Translations under genes and position numbers: made by a program
Shown here: positions 15,501 to 33,199 of the stretch, piece after piece
How the letters are laid out: each line of letters begins with the position of its first letter
Position numbering within the stretch: the first letter of the stretch is position 1
The notes under the pieces: model-generated
What the model saw: only the letters and a program-made list of their open reading frames with translations
What the model was told of the DNA's origin: nothing
Database searches by the model: none
Source of the DNA: the human T2T-CHM13v2.0 reference genome, Homo sapiens
Assembly (NCBI RefSeq): GCF_009914755.1
Contig: NC_060941.1
DNA: 64,000 nucleotides
Direction: 5' to 3' (one strand)

Positions 15501-16772
15501 AAAGGTTTCCCTTTTAAAAAATTAGAATGATACATGTGAGCCTGTCCCCATCTTTCTGGAAACTCCCCTTCTATAGAATACATCAAAGACCAGAGGGTCA
15601 ACAATCTCAATTGTGAGATGTTATCTGTTTAAATGAGGAACAATATGGGCTTAATCAGAGAAAGAGAGCGCTTTCTTCTGTTTCTTCTCCCACATATGGC
15701 ACAGTTTGCTCACTAATACAAACACTCTTCTGCATCTAAAGATCATTCTTCTTAACAGAGACAGAACCAAAAACAAAAAGAGTGGATGATTCTTCATTCT
15801 CCATCTCTAACAGCAATTTTTCACAGTCCTAGCCATTTCTTAGTATTCCCTAAGAATACTAAGAAATTGTATTGAACTCCAAAAAAAGATTATTAAATTT
15901 AATCTTTCTTTAAAAGCCTAAGCTCATTTTTAAATTACAAAACTGTCCTTACCAACTTATGTATGACACTATTCTAGTCTTGAAGCACCTCCTGTTTGCC
16001 CTGGAAGATCTGGTATATAATAAGTATCCAAACAAAAACTAGAAGTAGGACGTGGGTATTGTACTTTATTAATTCCTTCACACTATCCTTCAGACCTGAT
16101 CACCAAAAAGAACTTGCCATGACCTGCAATTTGATGAAAAGTGGGTGCAGCACAGCCCGTTTTCTGAAGATTGTGGAACGATTTTATAAGAACCTTATGC
16201 TTTTTATTAAAACTTATAGAATTTAGTAACAAAAAATACATTAAAAAGGAGAGAGAGGGAGAGTTATTACAGAAGATTGGGTTTTCACGTAGCACCAGGA
16301 ACTCCCATGTTTAAATGAAGTCTTGTAGAGCAATAATATTAATTGCATTCAAAACCACTACATTCCGGTCTTTTAAAAATGTCCCTCCATAAATCACTGT
16401 GTCTAAAGCCAGGGTTCAAATGAATGACTCCTCAAATTTATATTCATTCTGATCCAAAGGAATACAATCAAAATCAACCAACTTAACACATGCTTTTTAA
16501 CTTTTATTGTCACCCTTTTACATGCATTTAAATCACAAATAATACTTTACAATTTTTCTTTCCCCAGTGCAGCATCTACCTTTCCTATTATTCTTCCTAT
16601 TGGTTTTAAAACCTAATATAATGAGCTTTGGTTAGACCGCCTTGTGGTGGGAATCAAATGTATATGAAAACTAGATGCTTTTTAACATACAAATTTATGA
16701 GGTATTGTTTTAGAGCAACAAACATACTTATCATACTTACAGAAAATGGCTGTGTTGTCTGTTTTAATCTTA

Positions 16773-17078
<306 letters not shown>

Positions 17079-17379
17079 CTAGAATAAAAATAAAATAGAG
17101 TATTAAAAAAAAAACCTCTGCATTTATCAATCAGGGTCCAATCAGGAGACAGAAACCAAAGAGTCATTTAAGCAGGAGATCTTTACCTTTTGGATAATTA
17201 ATCTATCCCCCAAATTAAACTTAGCCTATAATGGGCAATTTAGTACTATGAACCACAAGTAGTTCTCCCACAGATAGCTTATTAAGTGGCACTCTGCTGG
17301 ACTCAATTTCCTCATCCATGAAGTAGAAATAATGCGAGCTTCCTGACTTCACGTGGCTATCATAAGGTACAATCAATAT

Positions 17380-18240
17380 GTTATTTACTTTTTTACATTC
17401 ATTCTCTCATGAGTACACAAGCTATGAAAAGCTCGTTAATGCAGTTTCAGATTCCATATTGCAATTAATCTTTAAGAAAATAGCATTTGTCCAGTTTGGG
17501 TACAGTATCAAAGAAGAATATCCACAATTATCTAAAAAGGGTATTAAAATACTCTTCTTGGCCAGGCACGGTGGCTCACGCCTGTAATCCCAGCACTTTG
17601 AGAGGCCGAGGAGGGTGGATCACAAGGTCAGGAGTTCAAGACTAGCCTGGCCAAGATGGTGAAACCCTGTCTCTACTAAAAATACAAAAATTAGCCGGGC
17701 ACAGTGGCAGGCGCCTGTAATCCCAGCTACTCAGGAGGCTGAGGTAGGAAAATCGCCTGAACCCCAGGGGGCAGAGGCTGCAGTAAGCCTAGATCGCATC
17801 ACTGTACTCCAGCCTGGGTAAGAAAGTGAGACTCCATCACAAACAAACAAACAAACAAACAAACAAAAGAAAAACCACTCTTCTTTTTTTCCAACTAAAT
17901 ATCTCCATGGCTGGATTTTCTTCATATGCCTTACCCAAAATGACATGTTATAAGAAAACAGAATGCAAAAGCAGATATGAGATTCCAGCTATGTTTGGTT
18001 AATACTAAAGAGATTTGTAAAAATGTAAGAGTTTTCATCTGTCTAATTTTTTTTTGTTTTGGAAAATACAGGGATTTTTTTTTCTTAAAAATGTATTTAC
18101 TTATGTTAACTTGTCATGATTAACTACTATTCTTTTTAAATGAATTAATAAAGATTTAAAATGTATTTTAATTACTGATACAGTAAATATCAATAAACAT
18201 AAGCCAAATAAACAAAAGCTCTTTGGGATGGATCTTCAGT
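17380..18240 (+). mobile_element. Charlie1b-like hAT element interrupted by an Alu
   Basis: agtatcaaagaagaatatccacaattatct...aaacaaaagctctttggg (Charlie1 3' end). Confidence 0.7.
17560..17872 (+). mobile_element. AluS-like
   Basis: Full Alu with (AAAC)n tail, TSD actcttctt. Confidence 0.92.
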
Positions 18241-20906
18241 AAATAAAAGCTGCTAGGCTAGAAAATACAAACTTTTCCTGATCAATACTATCAATTACAC
18301 AGAATTGACCCTATGAATGCTTATGACTTGCGGGTTTTTTAAATGTAGACAGAATGATTTCTGAGAATATTCTACAAAACTGATTCTGGGCACTACGGAA
18401 AAACAAGAGCAGTCAGAACCGCTGACAGATGCTCTAACCCTCTAAGGGACTGAAGGCATCTGGAAGGGCACTCAGTTGCATTATGAAACAGATCTTTTAT
18501 TTGAGGTGATTTGGGTAGACCAAAATCTAAAAGCAAGAGGACATGAAAAAAGGCTGGAGAATTGGTACTGTATGGCCAGCTTCCCCAGGGAACACTAAGG
18601 GGGATTCTAACTAACAGCCGTGTTCATAAGAGCTGAAACCCCCAGCAATTGCCACCAGAAAGCTCTCCAGAGACTACTCTGTTTACTAATGCTAAACCAA
18701 GAGAATGAAAGCCTGCCAAAAAATTTCAAGTGATCAGAACTGTCTCTCTGGCTGCCCGCCTTGTATTTTCCTGAACTCACAATTGCAGGCTCAGATGTGG
18801 AACGCACTTCCTACTTAGGTTAGCAGTTTAGAAGGGGCAAAGGGCCCTTATCCTAAATTCAGATTTGGGCTGTTTGCTGAAGCCTTACTACTGAGCAGAC
18901 CAGGAGGTTATCTGTTCGTTCTTTGCCTGAGACTGTACTAATTACTATAGACTCCTCAAGTCTTCAGACTCTTGGCCTTCTTGTATGCAAAGTACAGACC
19001 TGGCAAACCCTGGCTGGCCCTTGGGGTTCCCAGACCAACACCTTGCACTTTCTCCCAATCAAGTCTCTTGTCTATCTAGTCCCGTATTTCTTTGCTGCCC
19101 ACAGGACAAAAGGGCAATGAGGAACAATAAAAATAAAGGCTTTATTAAGGCTGAGAAAAACAAAGGAGAGGCAACCTCAATACCTTTTTAGGAGTTTAAT
19201 TTATATAACGTTAACAAATCGCAACCATACATTGATGAATTTTTGTACAACCACCCTCACTTTTTCATTCAAAAATGAGATCACAGTCTATAAGGAAGCT
19301 ACAGATTATACTCTTCAATTTTATAAAAGGCATGTAATTAGAGACTAGAAAGTAAAAAAGCTCCAAGAAAACGAAAATACACAAATTCAGTTTAGTGTCC
19401 CATAGCACGTATGGCATGGTAACAGATAATAACTGACACATTTAATCAGAAGTAATTCCAACATGTGTGTCTACCATGCATTAGGTACTTACCTGAGGAC
19501 TACAATAAGAGAGAATAAGTCTCACAAATATGAGTTCATCATCAAAAATATAAAAGGTTAACTAATCATCAGTATCCCATGCTTGCCAAAATGGAGCAGT
19601 AATCAATGCTTAAGAAGGAACATTATTAAAGTGCTTAAAGAGCTAACTTCTAACTACCTAAAAAATTAGCACAAGTATTGAGCTCTTGTATAAACTGATC
19701 ACTGAATAGATACTGCACCAGTTCTGTCTTCCCCCAGACACATGGTAGGAAGGCAATATGTTGTTAAAATTATTCTGGAGACCTTAAAGTTCAAATGAAC
19801 TTAACTAAGTATTTGAATACACACAGAAGATACTAAGCTTCTTTAAGAAACATACACTCTGGGCATGAAGACAAATAGACGCACACTAAACAAGCTACAA
19901 TGCAAAGCACCAAAAAGAGAAAGAGAAAGATGAACTGGTATTATAAATAACAGAAAGCTCTGGGGCAGAACACAACAAACCCCAGGCACTGAAAGTCATG
20001 ACCACCTTGTCAGAGACTGTAGAACAAGGTAAAAAATGCAGACCCAAATGGTCTTTGATGTTCTTTTTAAAGACTATGGGGTCAAAAGGAGAGATAAAGG
20101 AATTCCTATTAAAGTAGTAAAAGCACAAAACTCTTACAGTGGCAGGATATACTCGAGGCAGTGCGAGAAGACCAGCATAGCAAAAATAGTTTGTACCATG
20201 GAATGTGAGCGACAAGGGCCTAAAAAAACAAACTGAACAATTCGGATTTTGTCATCTATGGGTGATGAGGTATTGAAGGTTCAGGAGAGAAAAGTGATTG
20301 GATGAAATAAGCATTTCAGACAAAGTACAAATCTGGCAGCCATACGGAGAACACATTGAAGGGGCAAAAGGTGAGAAGCAGGAAGACACGTGGAGACTGC
20401 TCAACGGTCCTTGGCACAACAGGGCCTAGATGACAGAAAAGGCAACACAAAACAGAGAAGGCCGGGACTTCACAGTGCTCAGAAACTTTCAACACAGAAA
20501 AGCCATTAAAGACCGAAGTCAAAGAGGACTCCAAGGTCTCCAGGCCTTACAGAAACATTATTCGTGGAAGGAAAAACAACTGATTTGTGGGAAAAGATAA
20601 CAAATCCCTTTAATGTACTGACACTGTGGTATGGTGGGTGAGCCAAGCAGGATGCCTCTTGGGCAGCTGGAAATATTGGATTGCCAGAGCCTTGGGAAAA
20701 TCCTGAAGAGCTGCAAAGGCCTGAAAGGTTAAGTTTGCATAATAACACTACTGTATACTTTACCTAAGGGAGACATACAAAAATATTTGCAGTTGGAAAC
20801 ATTTACAAATTTTCAAGCCCACTATGCTGCTTTATGCCTCCAGGCTCCCACCTATGCTGACCACTCTGCCTGGAATGCCCATCTTCCTCTGTCTATGATT
20901 GGGAAA

Positions 20907-21206
20907 TTTTTTTTTTTTTTTTTTTGAGACGGAGTCTCGCTCTGTCGCCAGGCTGGAGTGCAGTGGCACGATCTCGGCTCACTGCAAGCTCCGCCTCCCG
21001 GGCTGACGCCATTCTCCTGCATCAGCCTTCCGCGTAGCTGGGACTACAGGCGCCTGCCACCACGCCCCGCTAATTTTTTTGTATTTTTAGTAGAGACGGG
21101 GTTTCACTGTGTTAGCCAGGATGGCCTCGATCCCCTGACCTCGTGATCTGCCCGCCTTGGCCTCCCAAAGTGCTGGGATTACAGGCATGAGCCACCGCGC
21201 CCAGCC
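20907..21206 (-). mobile_element. AluY-like
   Basis: CpG-rich, TSD gattgggaaattttt. Confidence 0.92.
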
Positions 21207-22346
21207 GATTGGGAAATTTTTCAGCCTGGAAGTGCCCGGCCTCTGTTTAAGAAAGCAGGGCTATGTATATGCATTGTTTCATAGGTTCAAAGGATTAGAG
21301 AAACAGGAAGTGTAGGCTGGTGCAAATGTCAACGCAATGGAGCAGAGATACAATAGTCTCCTACTACGAACAGGGATTGAACTGGGAATATCATGTAACC
21401 CTACATCCCAACTGTAGCTCTCAGAAGAAATCAGACCACCATCGAGAAGGAAAGGGAGGAAGGAAAGAATAATTCACCCATACCACCTGCAAACACTGCA
21501 CCTAGTTAAAATTCACATGCAAATTTTGAAAAAAAACCTAAATAATAAGATCATCATTCAGAGGATTCAGAAATAAATTACCTGTGGAAATTATCTATAA
21601 AATAACTAAAAGAAAACTTTAGGAGACAGATTTATATCTGTAACAGAATATAGTATAACATAGAGTCTACGTATTAGGACAGAAATGCATAAGAAAAAAA
21701 ATAGGTGACCAGGGCCAGAAAAGACTGTAAGGAATCATCTGAAAACGTAAAATTAAAATCCACAGTGGAGAAAATAAAGGGCAGAATGGATACCTCAGGA
21801 AATCAAGTGATAAGAGCAGACATTTATTATAGGAGAGCATCCTTCTTAAAGAAAAATAGAACAATGGTAAAATAATAAAAGAAAATGACGTTACAAAGGC
21901 AAAACTTATCAGTAATAATAATACATAGAGGGCAGAGGAAGGATAACTAACATTAGTTGCTATTGCTTCTTTGAGAGAAAATAGCAAAAACACTCTGTAA
22001 AAAAAAAAAACTTGAGAAAACTGTGTGTGTGGAGGAATACACATTGAATTAAAAGGAATTCGCTAAGCTAACAAACGCAGAAGGAATAATGGCACTGGAC
22101 TCACCATTTTGCAGCTCCCAGTGCCACAGTGGATCTGCACAATGCCCATCACTATTAAAATTTTTAGGTGACTGGCAGATGAGGCCACTCCTCATGCACA
22201 AACCAGGCTGGCAAAACCTAAAATGACTCACTACTGATCAATCTCAACATCATAAAGTGAGAGACAATGTAGCATTAAGTGTCTCCTGAATCTGAATCCG
22301 TTTAAGCCTCTGGATCCAATTTATGGATTTTTCTCCTTCCAGTTTA

Positions 22347-22562
<216 letters not shown>

Positions 22563-22597
22563 AGGGGAGAGAAAGAGATTAAAAGTGATATAACAAT

Positions 22598-22963
22598 TGC
22601 TATGCTTTGACTGTGTCCCCACAAAAGCATGTGCTGGAAATTTAATCCCCAGTGCAACAATGTTGGGAGGTGAGGCCTATTGAGAGGTGCTTAGATAATG
22701 AGGGCTCCACCTTCATCAATGGATTAATGCCAATTATAAAAGGGCTTGTGGCTATAAATTCTATCTCTTGCTCTCTCTTGAGCATGCTCTTCTTGCCCTT
22801 CCGCCTTCTCCCATGGAATGATGCCGCAAGAAGGCCCCACCAGATGCAGCCCCTTGACCTTGGACTTCCCAGCCTCTAGAACCATAAGCCAAATAAACTT
22901 CTCTTGTTTATAAATCATACAATCTGTGTTATTTTGTTATAGCAACACAAAACAGACTAAGCA
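22598..22963 (+). mobile_element. MaLR solo LTR (MST-type)
   Basis: tgctatgctttgactgtgtcccc...ttggacttcccagcctctagaacc...aataaac...cagactaagca. Confidence 0.85.
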
Positions 22964-23659
22964 ACCAATCTCAATATGTCAACCTTGTTTGGATCCTGAA
23001 TTGTACAGACCAACTATTTATGAGATTATTTATGAGACATAAGGAAAATAAGAAAAGTAACTGAATATTTGATGATTAGAGAATTGTTATTTCTTTCTTA
23101 GATAGATAATAGTTATGCATCCCAAAACCCGTTGCTGAGAAGATGCTAAGCAGAGCTTTCAGCAGCACAAAAGTCTAAGAGAACAAAAATTAAAACATTC
23201 CAGTCTACTCAGGAAGAGGTTGGTGTGGCGGTGGTAAATACCCCAAGCTTTCAGCTGGGACCCTGATGGCTACACCCTAAGAGTTAAGACTATATGAGAA
23301 ACAGACCAGCCCTCACACAGCGTGAAGCCCAGTTGGAACAGAAGTCAACTCCTGCATGGACTACATGTCCTAGTTTCCCTAAGCCTGCCTGCCCAAAGCA
23401 AAACTCTAGAATAAGCTTAATGCCAGCCAGAGTCTCAAACTATTTCCACAATTCCTTGTACACAATAACTGGGCATATGAGGCAACAAGTTGTGGCTGAA
23501 ATCCAAGATAATATCTGGAACCTCTGTGTGTCTATTTTTATTGACTTGTATTATTGCCCTGGGTTACAATATGTTCAAGTAATTAAAGACGTGACTGAGA
23601 ATTCTGACAGAGAACTGGAAACTATTAAAGGAAAAACCCAAATGAAAATTCTAAAACTG

Positions 23660-23690
<31 letters not shown>

Positions 23691-24022
23691 AAGAAAACCA
23701 GTAACTACAATTAAGAATTCATGTGTTAAACAGCAAGCTAGATACAGCTGAAGAAACAATTAGTTACACGGCATTTTAATCAGAGGCAAACAGCCAGAGT
23801 GATCCATGGGGGAAAAACAAGGATAAAAATGTAGAGGAATGTGAGAGCCAGATGGGACGAGGTGAAACGATCTGGAGCATGTGAAGTATGTGAGTCCAAG
23901 AAGGAGAAAAAAGAGAATGAGGCAGAAGCAGTATCTGAAGAGATAATGGCTAAGAATTTTCCCGGACCAACAAAAGCCATCAAGCCACAGAGTCAAAACC
24001 ACTACAATCTCCAAGCTGAATG

Positions 24023-25087
24023 CAGTAGTGCCCCTTATCTGTGGTTTCACTTTCTGCAGTTTGTTGTCCACAATCAACTGTGGTCCAAAAATATTTGTTG
24101 AAAAACTCCAGAAATAAACAGTTCATACATTTTAAATTGTGCACTATTCTGAGTAGTGTGATGAAATCTGGCACAATTCCGCTCCATCGTGCACAGACCG
24201 TGAATTATCCCTTCGTCCAGCATCATCATGCTGTACAGCTATTAATCACTTGGTAGCCCTCTCAGATCTCAGATCAACTGTGTTCAAGTCACCTTTATTT
24301 TACTTAAGAATAGCCCCAAGCACAAGAGTAGTGATGCTGGCAATTCTGATATGCCAAAGAGAAGCCACAAAGTGCTTCCTTTAAGTGATATGGTAAGTTT
24401 TCAACTTAATAACGATAAAATCATATGCTGAGGCTGCTAGGATCTATGGGAAGAATCAATCTTCTATCTGTGAATTTGTGAACTAGGAAAAAGAAATTCA
24501 TCAAATCATCACAAGAAGAGTACAATAAGATATTCTGAAAGAGGGAGAGAAACCACTTACATAACTTTTATTAAGTATATTGTTTTAATTGCTCTATTTT
24601 AATAGTTATTGTTGTTAATCTCCCACCACGCCTAAATTGTAAATTAAATTTTATCATAGGTATGGCCAGGTGCGGTGGCTCACACCTGTAATCGCAGCAC
24701 TTTGGGAGGCCAAGGAGGGGGCAGATCACGAGGTCAGGAGTTCAAAACCAGCCTGACCAACACGGTGAAACCCCGTCTCTACTAAAAATACCAAAATTAG
24801 CCAGGCGTGGTGGCGCACGCCTGTAATCCCCGCTACTCAAGAGGCTGAGGCAGTGGAATTGCTTGAACTGGCAGGTGGAGGTTGCAGTGAGCCGAGATTG
24901 CACCGTTGCACTCCAGCCTGGGCTACAGAGGGAGACTCTGTTCTGTCTCAAAAAAAAAAAAAAATTATCATAGGTATGTATGTATAGGAAAAAACATCAT
25001 ATATATATGGTTCAGTACCATTTGTGGTTTCAGGCATCCACTGGGGATCTTAGAATGTATCCCTTGAAGACAAGGAGGACCCACTAT
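24023..25087 (+). mobile_element. MER44 (Tigger7 derivative) interrupted by an Alu
   Basis: cagtagtgccccttatctgtggtttcactttctgc ... ggtttcaggcatccactggggatcttagaatgtatccc...gacccacta terminal inverted repeats. Confidence 0.85.
24664..24963 (+). mobile_element. AluS-like
   Basis: TSD ttatcataggtatg. Confidence 0.92.
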
Positions 25088-26383
25088 ATACAAAATAAAA
25101 CTTTACCTAAGCCCATCACAGTAAAAGTGTTGAAATCCAAAGACAGAGAAAATTTTAGAGACAGCCAGTGGCCGGGGTGGGAAAAGGAAAACCGATGACC
25201 TTCAAGGGAACAACAATCAAACTACAAGCTGAATTCTCAACAGAAAAAGACGAAAGGCAGAACCCGATGCAATGGCATTTTCACAATGTTAAAAGAAAAC
25301 AACCGCCGGCTCTGAATTCCAAATCCAGCAAAAACCAAAAAAACTTCAAAAATAAAGGACGAGTAGATACTTCAGATAAAAGGGGCCCTTTCTAAAAGAA
25401 CGGAAGCTAAAAGATGTGGAAAAAAAAGAGTAATGGATAAAACTAAATGAATATCGACAGTATTAAAATGTAATATGTGTCTTGTGGGTTTTAAAATATA
25501 GAGAGAATTAAACAACAAAAGCACATAAATTAGGAAGGAAGAGGAAATAAATTTGTTCAGGTGCTCTCAGGCCCTACCTATCATGATCTACAAAAGAATA
25601 AGAGCTCCACATGTCTAACAGGTCAAGGATCCATGTTGGAATATGTAACCACTAAAAGAATAGCTAAGCAAATAGCAAAAATGGACAGCTAACACGAGGT
25701 GAAAAGACAGAATAATAAAAATTATAACCAACGGACAAAAAGATTAAAAAATAAACATAGAGCGGGTAGGATAAAAAGAAAGCAATGAATCAGAGGACAG
25801 ATTTAAGCTAAAATGTAACAGTCATTACATCACATGTACATAAACTAAATATTCCAGCTGAAAAATATTGTCAGATTTGGGACAAAAATAACCACCATAA
25901 GCAGTTTATGAGAGACATATTTTAAAGGCACAGGCACAGAAAAGCTGAAAGTAAGTTAAGAAAGCAATTAACCACACAAACACTAATCCAAAAAAAAAAG
26001 GCTAATGCAAATATCAGACTTTGCAAGAAAACAACAGTCAACTTTGCAAGAAAACAACATCACTAAAAATGACCATTCCATGATTTGCCAGAAAGACATC
26101 AAATTTCTACATCTGTATATACGTGATAATAGCTTCAGCATGTACACAGCAAAAATGGACAGAACTAAAAAGGAAGGGATTTTCACAGTAACTGAAACAA
26201 CAGATAATAAAGTATATGTATTTTTCAAGTGCATAATAACCCTTTACCAAATTAATCACATAACGAACCATAAAGCAAGTCTAACAAATATAAAAGAATT
26301 GAAATTATTCAGGGCATGTTATTTGACCAAGGGGGGAATCTATTAGAAATAATAAAATAAACCTGAAGATCCCCTAGATTTAG

Positions 26384-26714
<331 letters not shown>

Positions 26715-27109
26715 TAAGCAATTCACTTCTAAATTACCCAGAGAGTCAAAGAAAACATCCTCATTAATTTCAACTGAATGCTAATAAAAATGCAACATAT
26801 TAAAACTTGTAGAATACAGCTACAGCAGTACTTAGAATGAAATTTATGGCTTTTAAAGCACACATATAGAGGACCAACAAAGTCAAAAGTCTATTATTTG
26901 CAAAGAATAAAAAAATTGATAAGCCTCTGGTGACACTCATTTTAAAAAAGGGCAATACAAATAAATTATCAGTATCAGGAATAAAAGAAAACATGACTAT
27001 TAATCCTACAGAAAATAAGCATATTATGAACAACTTATACCAATAAATTTGAACATTTAGATGAAACAGATAAATTCCTAGACAAACATAATTATCAAAA
27101 TTGACACAA

Positions 27110-27390
27110 GGCCAGGAGCAGTGGCTCATGCCTGTAATCCCAACACTTTGGGAGGTCAAAGTGGGTGAATTGCTTGAGTTCAGGGTTTTGAGACAAGACT
27201 GGCCAACATGGTGAAATCCCATCTCTATTAAAAAATACAGAAATTAGCCGGGTGTGGTCCCAGCTACTTGGGAGGCTAAGGCAGGAAGATCACATGAGCC
27301 CAGGACTTCAAGGCTGCACGAGCTATGATTGCACCAGTGCAATCCAGCCTGGGTGACAGAGTGAGAACCTATCTCAAAAAAAAAAAGAAA
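27110..27390 (+). mobile_element. AluJ-like
   Basis: Diverged full Alu. Confidence 0.88.
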
Positions 27391-28059
27391 CACTGATACA
27401 AATAAAAATCTGAAAAGTTCTGTATCTATTATAGAAAAACTTTCCCACAAAGAAAACTCTATCATTACTTTAAAAAGAAATAACATCAATCCTAGCCAAA
27501 CTCTTCCAGAGAACAAAGATGAAACATTTCCCAATTCATTTGATATAACCAGCATAATCTTGATAGCAACATATGACAAAGATATTATAAGAAAGGAAAA
27601 TTTTAAGTTAATCTCACTGATGAATGAGGATGCAAAAATCCTAAACAAAATACTAGCAAACAGAATCTAGGAATCTCACTCTCTCTTTGTGTACATATAA
27701 AGAATATTTGGTCCTTGCAAGGTTAATTTAACACTCAAAAATATGCACAATTCTCCACAATAACAAAATAAGAAGAAAAATCACATTATCATCTCATTGA
27801 ATAATGGAAAAACATTTGATAAATTAACATTCATTAATTTTTAAAAAATCAACCATTCAGGATAAAAAAATCACCCATTCAGGAATACGAGAAAATCTCC
27901 CTTAATCTGATAAAGAATCAGTATTTAAAAAAACACCAACTACAGCAAATATCATTCTTAATGATGAAATGTTGACAGTTTCCCCTCTGAGATCAGGACT
28001 GATACAAGGATGCCTCTGATTATCACTTCTGTTCAAAAAACATTGTACTGAAAATTCTA

Positions 28060-28401
<342 letters not shown>

Positions 28402-29224
28402 TTAGTGAAAAATAAAACTCATTATTTGTGGACAACATGTGTGCTCATAGAAAATCCAACAGAATTTTCGGCTAAACTATAATAACCAATAAGTAAACTT
28501 AGGTCACTGAAGATAAAGTCAATATACAAAAATTAATTGTAAAAAATACAGTATTTCTACATAATGATAACAATTATGTACATATTATCTATATACCATA
28601 TGAATAATAAGGGAAAAATTTAAACACCATTTAAATAATATTCAAATAAAATAAAATACCCAAAAATAAATAACAAAAGATGTACCTGGCCTCTACAAAG
28701 AAAACTATAAAACAATATTAATAAAAATTAAGAACTAAATAAATGAGTTTACCCAGGAATTAAAGATAAAATATTATAAAGATCTAATTTCTCTCCCAAA
28801 CTGATCTACAGAATCAGTAAGATCCCAATCAAAATTTCAACAAGGTTGTGTGTGTAAATGAAAAACTGACAAGCAGATTCTAAAATTATATTGAAATGCT
28901 AAGAACTTAACAGCCAAAACAATCCTAAAGAACAAAAAATAGAGGATTTACCACACTAAATACCAAGACACATTATAAAGCTGTAATAAGTAAGAAAATG
29001 TGATATTAGCTGAAAGATAGGCACACAGACCCAGGAAATACAACAGAGTCAAAAACATACTTATGAACCCTGATTTATGACTAAGATGCCCCTTCAGAGC
29101 AGTGAAGAAAGGATTATGTTTTAGTAAATGGCACTGGGTTAACTGGCTAGCCATATGGAAAAAAAAAAAAGAATCTTGCCCCAACCTCACACCATACACA
29201 ATATTCAATTCTAGATGGAATTGA

Positions 29225-29645
29225 GGCTGACCCTAAGAAAAGGATCATCAAATTCCCTTCCCCTCTGGCTTCAAACTGAGTTCAACCAATGGGAGACATC
29301 AGCAGGAGACTAAGGGTGAGAAGAGAAGGTCAGGATATTTATGCCCTAGGTTCTCTCCCCACCATGAGCTGCCTTTCATGCCTCTAAGGAAGGCAATTCC
29401 TATCAGGTAGCCCTCTCCATATAGGTACCTCTCTGAGTTGAGGCAACAGCTCTTTCCTAATGCTTCTTTAAAGAGCAAGATGTTTCAAGGGCTCTCAGTC
29501 ATCACTAGTGCTGAGATACTGCACTAGTCCTCATTTATTTTTTAAACCCTACCCACATTATTTGTAAATCTACCCTTTATTAAACTCTCAAATACCTCAT
29601 TTGAGAGCCTTCTGTTTCCTTCTGGAACTCCAACTAAATCAGACA
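29225..29645. mobile_element. Old ERVL-type LTR (LTR16/LTR33-like) nested in L1
   Basis: cctctggcttc...ccaatgggagacatcagcaggaga...ggtcaggatattt motif. Family call uncertain. Confidence 0.5.
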
Positions 29646-29904
29646 TTATCTAGAAAAGCTGAAGATATGAGTTACAGATATGCATATCCTATCATCCAGG
29701 AATTCCACTCCTAGTTACACACCTTACAGAAAGGCATGCTTACTGTGCACCAAGTACATGTATATGGCTGTTCATTGAAGCAATGATCATAATATTACAA
29801 ACAGAGAAAAAAACAATGTACAAAACAGTGGAGTAGGCAGATAAATTCATTGGGTCAAAAATATTATGATGGAATACTATATTCCAACAAAAATGAATAA
29901 ACTA

Positions 29905-31610
<1,706 letters not shown>

Positions 31611-31724
31611 GAGTTACATCAACGTAAAACAGTAAGAATAAATCTTAAAAATGTAATCCTAAGCCAACAACAACAAAAGACACAAAAGGCTACACACTAT
31701 GAGATTCATTTATATAAAAATTCA

Positions 31725-32036
<312 letters not shown>

Positions 32037-33199
32037 TCAAAAACAGGCAAAACTAAATTGTCATTTAGGGATGCATACTTCATTGATAAACCACAATGGG
32101 AGATTTTTCACACATTTTTCTCAGTAACTGACAAATCAAGCAGACAAAAAGTAGCAAGGCTATGGAAGATATAAACAATACAGTTAAAAAGCTTAATCTA
32201 ACAGCCATATATTGAACCCTATATCCAACAGTAACAGAATACACATTCTTTGCAAACACAGACCACTCATAAAAGCTGACAATATACTACACAAAAAAGT
32301 CTCCTATATGAACAGTATTCTGTGATTGAGATGTAATTATTTTAAAAATGAATAATAAAAAGATAACTTAAAAATCAACATTTTGAAATTTTACAAATAC
32401 ACTTTTAAATGGTTCACTAAAGGAATCATCATAGAAATTAGAAAATATTTAGAACTGAAGACTAAATACTACATATAGAAACTTGTGATGTGAGCTAAAA
32501 CAATATTAGAGAAGACATTTACAGTTTTTAAACTGTTTTATTAGGAAAGAAGATGAAAATTAATGACCTGAGAAATTGGGGGGTCAGAGAGAATAAATCC
32601 AAAGAAAAGGTAAGAAAATAAAATAACTAAACCTGTTAGCAAGCTAATTTGTTTAAATAAATTTATGTTATATCTTATCTATAGAAATATGTCCAAAAAA
32701 GGTTCTACCCAAATTATTCTAGTATCTATATTATTGAACCTCAACTGATCATCCCAACTGGCTGGTTAATTCCAAAGCCCAATACATATTTATCACAATG
32801 CTAGCATGGCTCTCCCCATCCCCATCCTCTTAACGACACAGACTTCTTTGGAGTCAAGTTCTCCAACTAGAACCTTAGGTAAGAACCCTTTCTCCACCCA
32901 ACTAATTGAAGATATGATCCTCCCAAACCCCGACCTCTGTGTGACCTTGAGACTTTGAGAAAAACTCAGATTCTCCTGTAGAAGGAGGCTGTGCTTTGAA
33001 AAGAAACTCAGAAGTTCACTCAGGTTGTCCATGAGTTAAGTTGGAAAAAAATCCAACAAACTCAGTAAGAGATAACTGTAAAATCTCTGAATTATGTGGA
33101 ATGGCTGCAAAACAAAAACAAAAACAACAAAAAAACACCTGTCCTTTCTTTCATTCCTTTTCTACTTAGCACCCTTTGCAGCTACCTCCAGCTGCCAGT

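Noticed and set aside
16735-16745. Alternative donor TCT|GTAAGT ~180 nt downstream of exon 3
   Set aside because: Poor exonic match, an in-frame stop before it and no other support. Such hexamers are common.
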